Position numbers and translations under genes: made by a program. From Amoebidium appalachense (lineage: Eukaryota; Protista; Ichthyosporea): a DNA stretch of 64,000 nucleotides. Under the pieces are notes generated by a model, which did not search any database, was not told the DNA's origin, and was given only the letters and a program-made list of their open reading frames with translations. This document shows positions 39,791-64,000 of this stretch, piece after piece. The stretch covers positions 1,302,001-1,366,000 of the forward strand of contig CAVNZM010000011.1 in the NCBI GenBank assembly GCA_963693365.1. The letters are read 5' to 3'. Positions within the stretch are counted from its first letter, which is position 1; each line of letters begins with the position of its first letter.

Positions 39791-41862
39791 GGGGGGGGGG
39801 AGAAGGAGGGCCGTGGGGGGATGATGGACAGGAGGGCAGACAGCAATGACACTCATCTATCCCCATATTTCATCATCCAGCAACTACAGCATCCAGATGG
39901 CATTAAGCCACAATTCTAAGCCCAAGAAGACACGGAAAATATGATCGCTTTGCATGAATAGAGACACACTTGCAGCATGACACCCACCTTGGTGTCCGGA
40001 TCACAAATGGACACAAACAGGCAGACGACATGCGCAGCCAGCTCAAACTGCTCCCTCGTGAACTCCCTCAGCACGGGGGTGCGCCCAAACGTCTTGCCAA
40101 TGGTCTTCATCCGCGACTGCAGCCGATGATACAGCGGCAGCGCACTCTGCAAAAACACGTGATTAGCCCCTCCCAGGGTTGCCAGTCTGAAATAAAGTGC
40201 CTGTAGAAGTGTGCTCACCGATAGCAAAGGTGCATAGGAGAGGTGTTTGTTAGTAGAATACACAAACAATGACTATTTCACACCAATCATTGTTGTGCTG
40301 TTGGACCCTACTTGAGGTCAAAAGCTACTATAATCAGTTCATAAATACACAATGGATACAACATATAAAGCAAGTTATCATGAAATCATCCCTTCATATC
40401 CCGTATCTTCGACATACTAATGCCAAACTGGAACGACATAACTCAAACCACACTGCTCCCATCGCACACCCCATACATCCACCACATAGAAAGGAGCTAC
40501 AGTAAGCATAAAGGGAATTCGCTCCAAGGCACAAACAGCTTGTTGAACAATACCTTGATTCCTTTTCGAACAGTCATCAAGTCCATCTGCAGCAGTTGGC
40601 GATTTGACACCCCTCTCCTCCCCCCGACTCTGAGCCGAGCAAACAGCTCGCCCAGTGGCTCTGCACCAACAAGAGAACAGAGTGCCGGCAGGGCCACAAC
40701 CTCCTCTGCCTCGATGGCTGCTGTGCCGATAGCCCGTGAAAGCAACCAGTAGCTGCATGCCTCCTGGCCCTGTCCCCACAAAACACCACATTAGATAACC
40801 CTTCAAATGAACCCCACCTTCAAAAGGCACGCAGAGGGCATACAATAGTCCAGATGAGAGCCTGCCCCCTCCTTCCCTCCCCCCCCCTCCCCCTCTTCCC
40901 CCCACACACCCATCTCTTCCACCACCACACACAGACCGCAAACATGTGTTCAAGCACCAGCAGGCAAAAAGCAACACCATCACATGACTATGGATGCAGC
41001 CAGCTGCATAGCTATAAAAGGCAACCAAGCAGCTTGACTACCTCTGGAATGTTGCTGGAGTCGGACAGTGCCAGCATCCGTAAAACCAAGAAGCTGCCAG
41101 CAAGTTCCTGATGCTGCACAGTGCCAACCTCCGTCTCCCCAACAACTCGCAAGCTACCCAGAAAGCTGTCCCAGCTGGTGTTTGCACGGTAGACCTCTGG
41201 GTACTGCTCTCTCAGGCAGGTCCAGAAGCCTTCGGGTCCTGCAGTAAAAGTTGTTGAGCAGGTGGAACACAAGTAAACATTCATAATATTTGCAGAGAAA
41301 GGCCAAGGTGTTCCGCAAACAAACATGATTCCGTGAATCAGAAGGTTATTTAGACAAGTCAGGTAAGACAAGAGAACCATGCCAAATGAGACAAGGAGGC
41401 AATCGTTCAAACCATTACCTGCATATTTCAGTGCGTGGCCACACGCCACAAATAGAGACATAATGGTCTGCTGTAGGCTCTCGCTGCGGGATAGGTCACG
41501 GAACGGCAGCCACAGGAGCGTGCTCTGCAGGTGAAAGGACAATTCGTAAGTCATGGGCAACACATCTGCATAACTACGCCAGCGTAAAAGTTCTTTTTTT
41601 GTGGTATTACTGAGAAGACACCTCTGGAGCTTTAACAGCAGTTTAAAAACCAAAAGACACAAGGAGTTCATGCACCCGAAAGCACAATAATACGACCATC
41701 GAAAGCTCGAGCGCACAAGCCATGGCAGTGGGCAACGTGCAAAGGAGCACTTACAAGTTTGAGCAAAGGATCGTCGCCTGGCAGGTCTCCGTATAAAGGG
41801 TGACATACTTCTAGACAGGGGAGCCTACGCGCGTTGACACGGGAGCCCTGTGAGGGCTGCAT
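36420..41862 (-). CDS. ~1110-aa protein: N-terminal globular region, low-complexity linkers, TTC3-like Cys/His cluster and C-terminal RRM
   Basis: Phase-consistent exons 41862-41755, 41524-41419, 41238-41042, 40769-40554, 40200-39988, 39240-38980, 38660-36420. CMLC...VRVECTALCRLAYHRGC...CPTPDCWG at ~37928-37755; RRM-like KTLLVVHFP...LLRYGKLERF...AVMVHFAYRESAASAF..VNG at ~36870-36645. Start and final exon tentative. Confidence 0.75.
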
Positions 41863-42469
41863 CGCACCAGAACGGGGAGAACACGAGGAGGCGACATAAA
41901 GCCAGGTTGATGAGTGCTTTCCCTTCTACAATGCAGCGTCGTGGGTAGAGTTGAATCTATATCAAGACAAGTGCACCAGATGAAAGAATACGGCGCTAAA
42001 AGCAAAGGCTTCAGCAGCCAAGGAGAAGCTATCTAGCCTCGTAGTCTCAGAGAATAAGGAGGAGGCAGGGAACTTTCGCGAACTTGAAGGAAAACAAGAG
42101 GCTGTCACACAACGAAGACACAGCACGGCTTACAATCATCCAAACGCGTAATACTCATGCTTATACCATTCCACAGTTTTGCACTCATTACGTCTGTAAG
42201 TGCTGTCAAAACTTCCCAGGAAATACCAAGATAACTGGACAGCATTCGTTGGACCTGCGTTCGTTGGCTAACCTGTTCTCGTTATGTGACACAGACAGAC
42301 TGCCTCAGACTGCCCCAGTTTGTGCGACAACATCGGCCTTTGTAAAAAGAGGCATGAATTAGAAGCGAAATCCGATTGGCTCTCCAGAAATTGTTACAAA
42401 GTCTCCCTAGAATAAGGTGAGCCTGTGCGGGCCCGGGGGCCGCGGGGATCCAAATTTCAAGATTTTCAG

Positions 42470-43350
42470 GGTACTGCACTGCGCACTTTGTTTCGTAATC
42501 GGTTTGTGCCTCCCTTAATTAGTATGTTTGGGTTGCCGTCTGCTGTTTGTCGTATGGAGGAATTGTCTCTTCGTTTTTTTTTCCATTTAGTTAGGATACC
42601 TGATGGTCACCCTCTTTATGCTTTCTTCCCCCCCCCCTCCCTCCATCCCTCTTAAGCTTCCACCCCGATTCGCCAACGCCACTTCTGAATGTCCTCAGCC
42701 TACCCTCTTTCAACCTGATCCTTCCTCTCGCTATCTCACTCCCTCTTTCTTTTCTCTTCCTGTTTTTTCTGCCTTTTCGAGTTATTACCATACGCAGTGT
42801 AAGTTTCTTTCTCGTTCTGATAGAGAAATCAAAGGTAAAACTCAGTCGGCAGGTGTTATGTTCCTTAGGCAACACCGTACTGATCATTATCGCTTAATTT
42901 GGGAGCTTTGGCTGGATACATTTCTCCTGCTGTACGTATGGATACCACCCTAGTAGATAAGTCTGTATAGTGCTCTGATGTTGATATTGCCTGGGAAGTT
43001 GTGCAGTGGCGTTGTAATTCTTGTTTCCATCGCCGCTGGTGCCACTTTTGTGCTGAACGTTTTAATCGAAAGCATGTTGATAGGTGTGAGTTTTTATGTC
43101 GTGTTTTGCCTCTTTCCCTACGGGTGTCTGCTACACTGACTGGCAATGTGAACACTAAAACTTTTTGTTGAATTCTGTTGGTCGTCACATTGAGTATTTA
43201 TATGATTTTCACACAGTGTTCAGGTATCTTGGTATGCACTTGTTACTGGATAACTCGTGAAGTTTTCATTGCCTTCTCAGTATGCCGTGCATACTTGCTT
43301 GCTTATCTTTCCGTCGAATAAATCCAGTTTGCAAAAGAAGAAAAAAAATC
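42470..43350 (+). mobile_element. 5'-truncated degenerate non-LTR retrotransposon (LINE) 3' end
   Basis: Broken translation LISMFGLPSAVCRMEELSLRFFFHLVRIPDGHPL (post-RT-like), then VQWRCNSCFHRRWCHFCAERFNRKHVDRC (C-x2-C-x7-H-x3-C knuckle), in-frame TAG at 42968-42970, A-rich stretch at ~43333-43348. Confidence 0.6.
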
Positions 43351-45093
43351 TCAAGGACTCTAAAAAAAAGGAATAAGACGAGTATTTCCTGGGGAAAATG
43401 CCGATGTATAACTGGACAAGCCAAACTTTAATAATTAATGAAAAATGAATTGCCTAGCAATGCATGCCGTCAATATAAAGTAACAACAGTTGATACTTAA
43501 TAGTTAATAGATTCAAGTGAATTCATCCCTATCATGATCTACCAACGTTTAACTTTCAATTTTTGATTCTAGTTTGGCCTCTGAAAAAACAGAAACCCCC
43601 TGAATCTAATGTTATTTTTGTTGATCCAATCGCGTGGCCGTAAGTAGCCCCTTCCGCGAATCGCGTACAACTGAGGCCTGGGAATTAGTGAACGTCAACT
43701 TGTCAAGTTCGGCCTGCATGCCTATTACATTATTACGCACGTATTTCCCAACTTATTTTCCAAGTTATAGCTTCGTGATTTTTTATAATTTTTTTTTTTA
43801 TCTGTTTGAAAGAAATAATATAAGAATAGTTGTGTTGAACATGTACAGATGTACTGGGATCACGTTCCATCTTCGTAATCTACCTCGCTGGTAGCCATGT
43901 GAAATGTAGGAGGATTGTGTAATCCGACTGAGGATGGAAGGCTGGCAATATATTCAAATGCATAGTGGCGTCGCGATACTTTGTGAGGATTGAAAGCAGA
44001 ATCTAATATCAGTAGCCTTATTATTAATATAAGGTGAAGTAGAACGAAAGTTACCAGAACTAAGACCTAGCCTATTATCTAATAAGGAATAAAGGGCTTA
44101 AACGAATCCAATGGTGGCCGTTGAGTCATGCACCACATTTGCCGGAGGGTCAAGTATGCGGGATGTTAGCTATGACGTCACAAACCAGTTCAATTTGCTT
44201 GTGCTAGCCCGGGTCCAAGTGGTTAAAATGGCCTCAGCCCTTGTGTAGGCCTAACTTGTATCATGAAAGAAAACAACCGGAATACGGTAACATGAACCAA
44301 TAGTTACCATTGTCCTCTCTATCACGACGACAAAGCAAAGGATACTGTACATGTATTGATTAGGGAACCAGGACGAATTTGAACCAGCTTCACATACATA
44401 AATGAAGTGCCGTATGATATGTAAGAGAGGAAAGTGGTGCAATGCGGATATGAAGATATGAGAATATGAATGAAGCTTCAGGTGGGTAATATCTGGAAGG
44501 ACACAGCTTCGAATTAATTCAATGTGCGTTGGGACGTTGGAAGAGGCTCTGATATGCAGGATGCAGAGAAATTTATTCTGCAATTATACTTGTAATGTTT
44601 ATGGCTGAGTAGATGAAAGGCGCGCGAGACGCTTAAAAAAGCAGCCAGGAGCGAAGATATGTACAATTAATTATAAAAGTTTTACAAATAAAGCTTCAGT
44701 GCAGGGAACACGAAGCGCTGCAAAACAATACATGATGGGAGAACAAACCTCTATACCATGTTTAGTATGTACAGCAGTGCTACCAATACGCTAGATGGAA
44801 TAATTATCCTCTGCAGCCCACGCGACATGCGTACACACCTACATCTATCATCTCCCGGAAAGCCCCCCCCTCCCCTCCCCCTTTCCTCCCCAAATACACA
44901 CAAACACACCACAACCACAACCACCCTACCTTTCACAAAAGCACAACTCTCCTTGAGCTTCTTATCGAATCTCGTATTGCAGTACCACATGTACATCACA
45001 TGACAAGAACAGAAACGAACATAGATCATGCGACAATTGTCGAACTACCAATTGCGGCACCCAGGTCTGACACAGAGGTGCCGTCGTTAAGGT

Positions 45094-46947
45094 TCATTTT
45101 TCACCCCCCAAGCTTTTAAGTTCATCATTACCATAAATGGCAACTTTCCCACCTGCCGTGGCCTTTTCCACGTCTCTTGCTATTGCTGTGCCCAACGTCT
45201 TCACTTTGATGGTATCGATGAAGTCTGCAACGTACAATCATGTGAGTGATAGTGCACCAATCGGGAAAAAATGACGTACAGCCGGGCATTTATGCGCGGA
45301 GACACCCGGACACATGTAACACTACCCCCCTTCCCCTCCCCCCCCCCCCCTCCCCCTCTTCCCTCCCTTCCTTACTCTCCTACACAAGTGTACACACGAA
45401 CCTGCACTCCTTTAAGTGCTGTAAACGACAATAGCAAGACAGGAACAACCACAAAACCTCCCCCACGCATGACGGTCGACGGTGTATTCAGACCCCTGTG
45501 CATTATGCATGCGACCCATACTCCTACCACTTTGGATAGACTTTTCCAAAAGGCAACACCCCCTCCTCCCCTTCCCTCCTTCCGCACCCCCCCTTCCCCC
45601 CCCCCCCCCCCCCCCCCCCCCATCCCCCCCCCCATAGGGCACACTCACTTACAACGCGTGGATATTCACTCATCCACCCATCCCCTCCCTTTCTCCTCAC
45701 CATAACCCCACTCAACAACCCACCCAACCACACCCACCTTCGCACAACCAAGCTGACTAACCCACCAATCCACCCGGGCGCATTCACACAAGAATGAAAA
45801 CCACCCGCCCCCCCCTCCCCCCCCCCCCCTTCATATATATACACACACACAACACAACATACACACGTACTCCGAAACATGCTCTCGACCCATCGTGAAT
45901 CCTCCCCTCAATCCAACGGCCCGGGGCGGTAAATGCTCAGATGGCTGAAGCCAAGTGCTTGAACCACCTCCTCCAGCTGTGTGCCAAAATTAGATACTTG
46001 CCCTATCTTTAGATCCGGTAAAAGGGGGGAGCTTCAGACTTGGATCCGAATCGAGTCTAGATGGAATAGAGTGTGTGCAAGCGTGTGTCTATAGCTAAGG
46101 GGGGGGGGAGGGGGGTAGGGAGAAGGAGGGAGAGGGAGACAGAGAGAGGTGCATGTGTTTGTGTGTGCGTAGGTGGGTGGGTGGATGGGTGGGTGCCACT
46201 GGGTGGGGTGGGGGGTGGGTGGGGGGGGGGGGGGGGGGGGGGGGGGGGAGAGAGAGAGAGAGAAAAAACAGGGACAGGAGAAGGAGAGGGAGACGAGGAG
46301 ATTGAGAGCAAGAGAGAGAAAGAGCGGGGGGAACGGGGGGGGGGGAGGGGGAGATTTTTTATGAACGCGGGCAAGCAGCCTTGGCACTTGGTCATGGATT
46401 GTGGCGCAGAGCGGTTTGGGGGGGAGGGGGGGGGGAGGGAGGAGAAGGGAGGGGAGGGGAGGGAGGGAGAGGAAGAAAGAAGGGGGAGAGGGGAAGGAAG
46501 GCGGGGGGAGGGGGGTGGGGAGGGAAGGGGGAGGAAAGTACCTCTCCCTTCGTCTGCCAGAGAAGAAACCACGAGTTTTTATTTGCTCGTGATGACGTCA
46601 CCAACCCAAACACCTGCACTCCACGTGCCTTGCAGATCTGCACGGGTGCAGTTTTACGGTTAGGGCAGCATGCACTTAAAACCCGTTTATGATACTACTG
46701 ATATCGTCTCTATCTAACCAATGTCCTGCATAGGCAACTCCTCCATCCATCAATAGGCCCGTGGGTCTTTATCAAACAGGTGGTTGGATATGTAATCTTT
46801 AGTCAAAAGAAATGACTAGATATGTTATGTTTGCCAGCATTTTCTGGAACGAAAAACACAGCAGGAGCTTGGTGGTGGTGATGGTGGTGGTGGTGTGGAG
46901 TGGTGTGTGTGCTTTGTGCTTTGTACTTTGTGCTTTGTACTTTGTGC

Positions 46948-47035
<88 letters not shown>

Positions 47036-47934
47036 CGCGCGCGTGTGTGTGGGTGCACGCGCGCGGATGGCTCTTGCCAAAATGTCCAAACGTCAAGCTA
47101 GTAGTTAATGTGAGTATGAGGAGAGAAGGTCGGGAGAGTAAGAGAGAATATGTGTGTGAAGCGTTAAAGAGTGTTCGCGCGTGCATGTGGGTGGACAGGT
47201 ATGTGGGTGTGTGTGCGCCATGCATGTGTGTGTGCATGCGGTAAGCACATGCAGGACCCACCTCTGCAAACTTTGAATTGATTCCAAAATCCACCTCCCT
47301 GAATTTCTCCTGCATCATACGGGCTTAGTGGTGTTCCCTCCACCCTTCCCCTTTATACAGCTGCACACACAAGCACGCAAGCAGGCGCACAGACAGACAT
47401 GCACGCACTAACCCGCAAACATACAAGTGGTATGTATCTGCAACTTGCTGCAGCCCTCGCTCTTTCCGCACTCACTTTCACTCTCTTACACACATGTACA
47501 CAGAAACACACCCTCCAAGCATCCACTCACATCCACCCTGGCTGTCTCGCTAACATACTTCCTCTGCTTTTTCTCTGTATATATAGTTCTCCATAGTTCT
47601 CTCTGTTTCCACGCACGCACGCAAGTCCGTCCTGCCCGCTCGCGTGCCCGCACACACACATCCCCCACCCCTTCAAATACACAAACACACAAAACGATTT
47701 GGTGAACACTACCCCCCACACTTTGCCCTACTTTCCCTTGCCCTACTTTTCTTGTTGTCTTCGGAAGAACCCCTGGCCTTCGGTCTAGTTTATCCCCGGT
47801 TGTAAAATTCAAATGTTGCAAAACCTTTTCCGCATCCACTCCCCCTCCCCCCCGTCCCCTTCAAAAAAAAATGGGCACACATAGTCACACAGAGCTACAT
47901 CCACAAAACCACACAAAACACAGGCCCAGCCTCC

Positions 47935-47965
<31 letters not shown>

Positions 47966-48304
47966 AAAAAAAAAAAAAAACACCCACCCACCCACCCTCT
48001 CTGCCCTCCCTCCCCATCCCACCCGCACACATACTACCGGCATGCACACACCGCTGATCCAGCATCCACCCAGTGTTGTCCCTGTGTGCACAGTCAGTTG
48101 GTCACTTCTGGTCCGCAGTGCCCACGAAATACCACCCCCAATCAAGTTGCTCCCTTTCTTCCCCCTCCTGCCCATACAGAGTCTTCATAGATTACATATT
48201 TCATTGCAGCAAGAGCCACAAGGTCTTCCAAACGTGAAACACACGTTTGACCCCCCCCCCCCCCCCCCCCCTACCCCCCCACCACCACCAAAAACCAAAA
48301 AAAA

Positions 48305-48341
<37 letters not shown>

Positions 48342-48383
48342 GAAAAGAAAAGAAAAAGGGGAAGAAAAAACATGGTCGACAAC

Positions 48384-48426
<43 letters not shown>

Positions 48427-48466
48427 ACACACACCCACCCACCACTACCACCACCATCACCACACA

Positions 48467-48518
<52 letters not shown>

Positions 48519-48752
48519 ACCAAACAAACAAACAAAAAAAGGGCCCCAAAGTTCCTGGCAATCAATGACCATAACTCCCAGAGGCAACTGATTTTCCGCT
48601 AAGTGAAATATGCAAACGACAACCACACAGAATCCGTGTTCACACAGTCTTTTCTACTCTCTGATGTTTCCCAGTTTGTTTTGATGATAGTAAGGAGAGT
48701 GAAGGGGCGGTTGAGAGAGCGGCAAGCTTGGTGGTGGTGGTGGTGGTGGTGG

Positions 48753-48799
<47 letters not shown>

Positions 48800-49580
48800 A
48801 GTGGGGGGGTGGGTGAGGAAGGTTAAGCAAGGTTACCGAGACAGCATATGGCGACATCTGGGCTCCCAAATGCGTCCGCATGGACATCCAGGTGGCCCAT
48901 GTCCACTACAGTCTGCACCAGGCGCCCACTGGCCTCGGCTGCTTTTACCTGAGGGGGTTGGGGGGGGAGGGGAGGGGGAGGTGGTGGTGGTGGTGGTGGT
49001 GGTGGTGGTGGTGGTGGTGGTGGTGGTGGTGGGGGGGGGGGGGGGGGGGGTAGAATGGACATTTACTACGAAGGGGGAGGGGGCGAGGGGCGGGGAGGGG
49101 GGGGCGGGATGGGTGCAGGGAAGGGGGGCAGAGGAGGAAGCCTCGGATTGGTCAGAAGGTGGGTGGGTGGGAAAGGGTGGTGTGGGTTGTGAGGGTTGTG
49201 TGTGTCGGTGGTCGAGTGCAAGTGTGTGGGTGTGCATGTAGGGACTGGGAAGGAACGAAAAATTGGCAAATAGGACTTGGTGTTAGGGAGTGGGTGGGTG
49301 GGTGGGTGGTGGTAATCGGGGTGGTTTTTGGAGAGGGGGGGACGGGGGGGGGGCAGAAGTGGATGCGGAAAAGGGGGAGGCGTGGAGGGGCAAGGAAAGT
49401 CAAGGGGGAGGGAGGTGGGAGGGGGGGGGGGGGGGGGGGGGGATAGGATGGAGAGAGAGAAACGAATATCATATTTAGCAAAAAGGGAATCAAGACACTT
49501 AAAGGGAACGGGGATTGGATATATAGTAACGCGTAATGAGCAGGCATGAGGATATCAATGTGGGGCTGTGTGTGTGCGTG

Positions 49581-49658
<78 letters not shown>

Positions 49659-50795
49659 TATGCGTGTGCAGGTTTACATATGCCAGAGAGGACGAAAGCC
49701 CGTGCCTGTGTATGTATCACTGTGGGCATACACCCATGTGTCTGTGCATGGGGTGTAGGTGTGTGTGTGTGTGTGCGTTGATGCATGTCTGTGTTCGCGC
49801 ACACGCACATGCATGCACACTCACACGAGTGTGCATGGACACGGGCGTGCATGCATGCACGCATGATGGCATGCATGTAAGCATAAGTGCACATGTCAGC
49901 AAAGCCCCCCTGTTATGCTCGATCGTATCTCTGTTTCTCCCTTATTTTTGTTAATGTGTTCGTGCTTGTGAGGATGCATGTCTGGGCTTGTTGGCGCGTG
50001 AGTTTGGGGGTAGGGTTTAGGTGTTTTTCTTTTCTTTTTCTTGGTGGGGTGGGGAGGGCGAGGAGGGGGCGGAGGGGGGAGGGGGAGGGGGGGGGGGGAA
50101 GAGGGATGTTACAACACTGTGCTGAGGTCATCAACCTCCCTCCGACCCAGCATGGTCACGGTGGAAAAGGCAGGGGACTTGAGTAGCTCCGCCACCACCC
50201 ACTAGAGCATGGAAGGGGACGGAGGGCCGGGGTAGTGGTGGTGGTGCTGGTGCTGGTGGTGGTGGTGGTGTGGGGGTGGGGGTTGAAGGGGGGGGGAGGG
50301 GGGGGAGGGATGGGGGACGGACGGAGGGGGGGGGGGGGGGGGGAGGGGGGGAAGGGGGGGGGGGGGGGGGGGGGGGGGGGAAGCAGTGGGATTAATTGAT
50401 AAGGGGAAGGCGAATCTCAGCAAAGGGACAATCTAAATCTAACACGGCTTCTTCAATTCCATTCTCCATTGTGTAGATGTGACAACATTGAAACGCACGT
50501 CAGTGTCGTCACAAAGCCTCACACACTCTCTGTGCGTCCTCTCCGCCCCCTTCCCCCCCCCCTCCGTTTCCCCTCCCTCCTCCCCGGGGAAAAGGGGAAA
50601 GGGGGGGGAGGTGTGTGTGTGGGGGGGGAAGGGGGGAGGGGGTAGAGGGGAGGGGAGGGGAAGGGGATGGGGAGTGGGGGTTAGGGGGTGGGTGGAGGGG
50701 GGGGGGGGGGGGGGGGGGGAAGAAGGGGGGTAGACATACTTTGCCGATGGCACCGGTTCCACTATGATCACCACCTTTCTACCCTGGCCACTCAT
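45094..50795 (-). pseudogene. HTATIP2: HTATIP2/TIP30 (CC3, Fmp52-like) NAD(P)-binding oxidoreductase, apparently disrupted
   Basis: Exons 50795-50740, 50201-50118, 48948-48837, 48081-48052, 47309-47262, 46637-46542, 45976-45871, 45224-45094. Motifs VVII(G)GTGAIGK, TVTMLGRR, DVAICCLGTT..DAGSAEKFREVD, GLVTSSRANKNS...QTKGE.E, LSIYRPG. Lesions: -1 near 50762, +1 near 48070, in-frame TGA at 45910-45908. Confidence 0.75.
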
Positions 50796-51164
50796 GTTGC
50801 TGTTGTGTTTGTACAATTTTGTATATTCACCAGCGCTGCATTAGGGAGCGTTTTAAGCAATACTTGACGCTCACCGAAGGTTTTAGTTGAAAGACGTAGG
50901 CGAAGGGCCCATACACTCTCCCATACACACGCCCACAATGAAGTCATCCTTCTATGAGACTCGTTCTGTATGACTGACAAATTGACTCCCTGGGTACGGG
51001 ATTTGGCAGCCGAGAAAAAAATCGTTCAGTTCACTCCGGCCGGCCACTGTTTGGCAGCAGCCTACCTGGCATGAAGCCAAAAGATCCCTAAGATTAGGCG
51101 CACACATTCAGCCCTTCCGCGTACTCCCGTCTGTTACCGTTGGTCACTAGGTGCGAGGAGAAAG
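50796..51164. promoter_or_regulatory. Likely bidirectional promoter region
   Basis: 369 bp of repeat-free sequence between divergent start codons at 50795 (-) and 51165 (+). Confidence 0.55.
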
Positions 51165-63768
<12,604 letters not shown>

Positions 63769-64000
63769 GTACAAACTGCATGCGGGCACATGCTAAGGTG
63801 GGTGGGTTGTGGGCTGTGTAGCTTTGTATCAGTTTGGTTGGTTCATTTCATCTACCATTAGTTGCTGTAGTTATTGTGGGGGGGTACGTGATGTAGAGGG
63901 GGTGGCGTGACAGGGTGAGGTGTTGTAGAAGGGGATTTTATCAGACTGCATGTGATGTGTGCGCATGAATCCACGGCGGTTGTGGACGTGGTGGGTGGAT

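Noticed and set aside
44250-44620. Stop-interrupted coding-like stretch
   Set aside because: No recognisable motif in the frames examined; cannot support a call.
45908-45910. In-frame TGA as selenocysteine or codon reassignment
   Set aside because: It aligns to an expected Arg rather than Cys or Trp, the same gene ends in TGA, and it carries other lesions.

Overview
Eukaryotic nuclear DNA with short GT-AG exons (CTRAC-like branch points) and introns saturated with poly-C/poly-G, (CA)n/(TG)n and (GA)n/(CT)n tracts. Most ORFs in the supplied track are translations of these repeats. Splicing exons by hand gives six gene models: the 5' part of a Munc13/CAPS-family C2 protein (minus, runs off the left edge); two divergently oriented paralogous type II membrane beta-helix proteins; a ~1110-aa protein with a TTC3-like cysteine cluster and a C-terminal RRM; a disrupted HTATIP2/TIP30-like oxidoreductase; and, head-to-head with it, a SEC23IP/DDHD-family gene (runs off the right edge) hosting an intronic tRNA-Ser(AGA). 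Mobile DNA includes a miniature LTR element with a copia-type half-tRNA primer site, and LINE and Penelope-like remnants. The best candidate for something undescribed is a dispersed ~170-nt covarying, pseudoknot-capable structured element with a ~120-nt tail, found in at least six intronic copies, all sense to the host gene and ending at C-tracts. Gene content suggests a unicellular holozoan such as an ichthyosporean (inference). All homology calls come from recalled motifs, not database searches.
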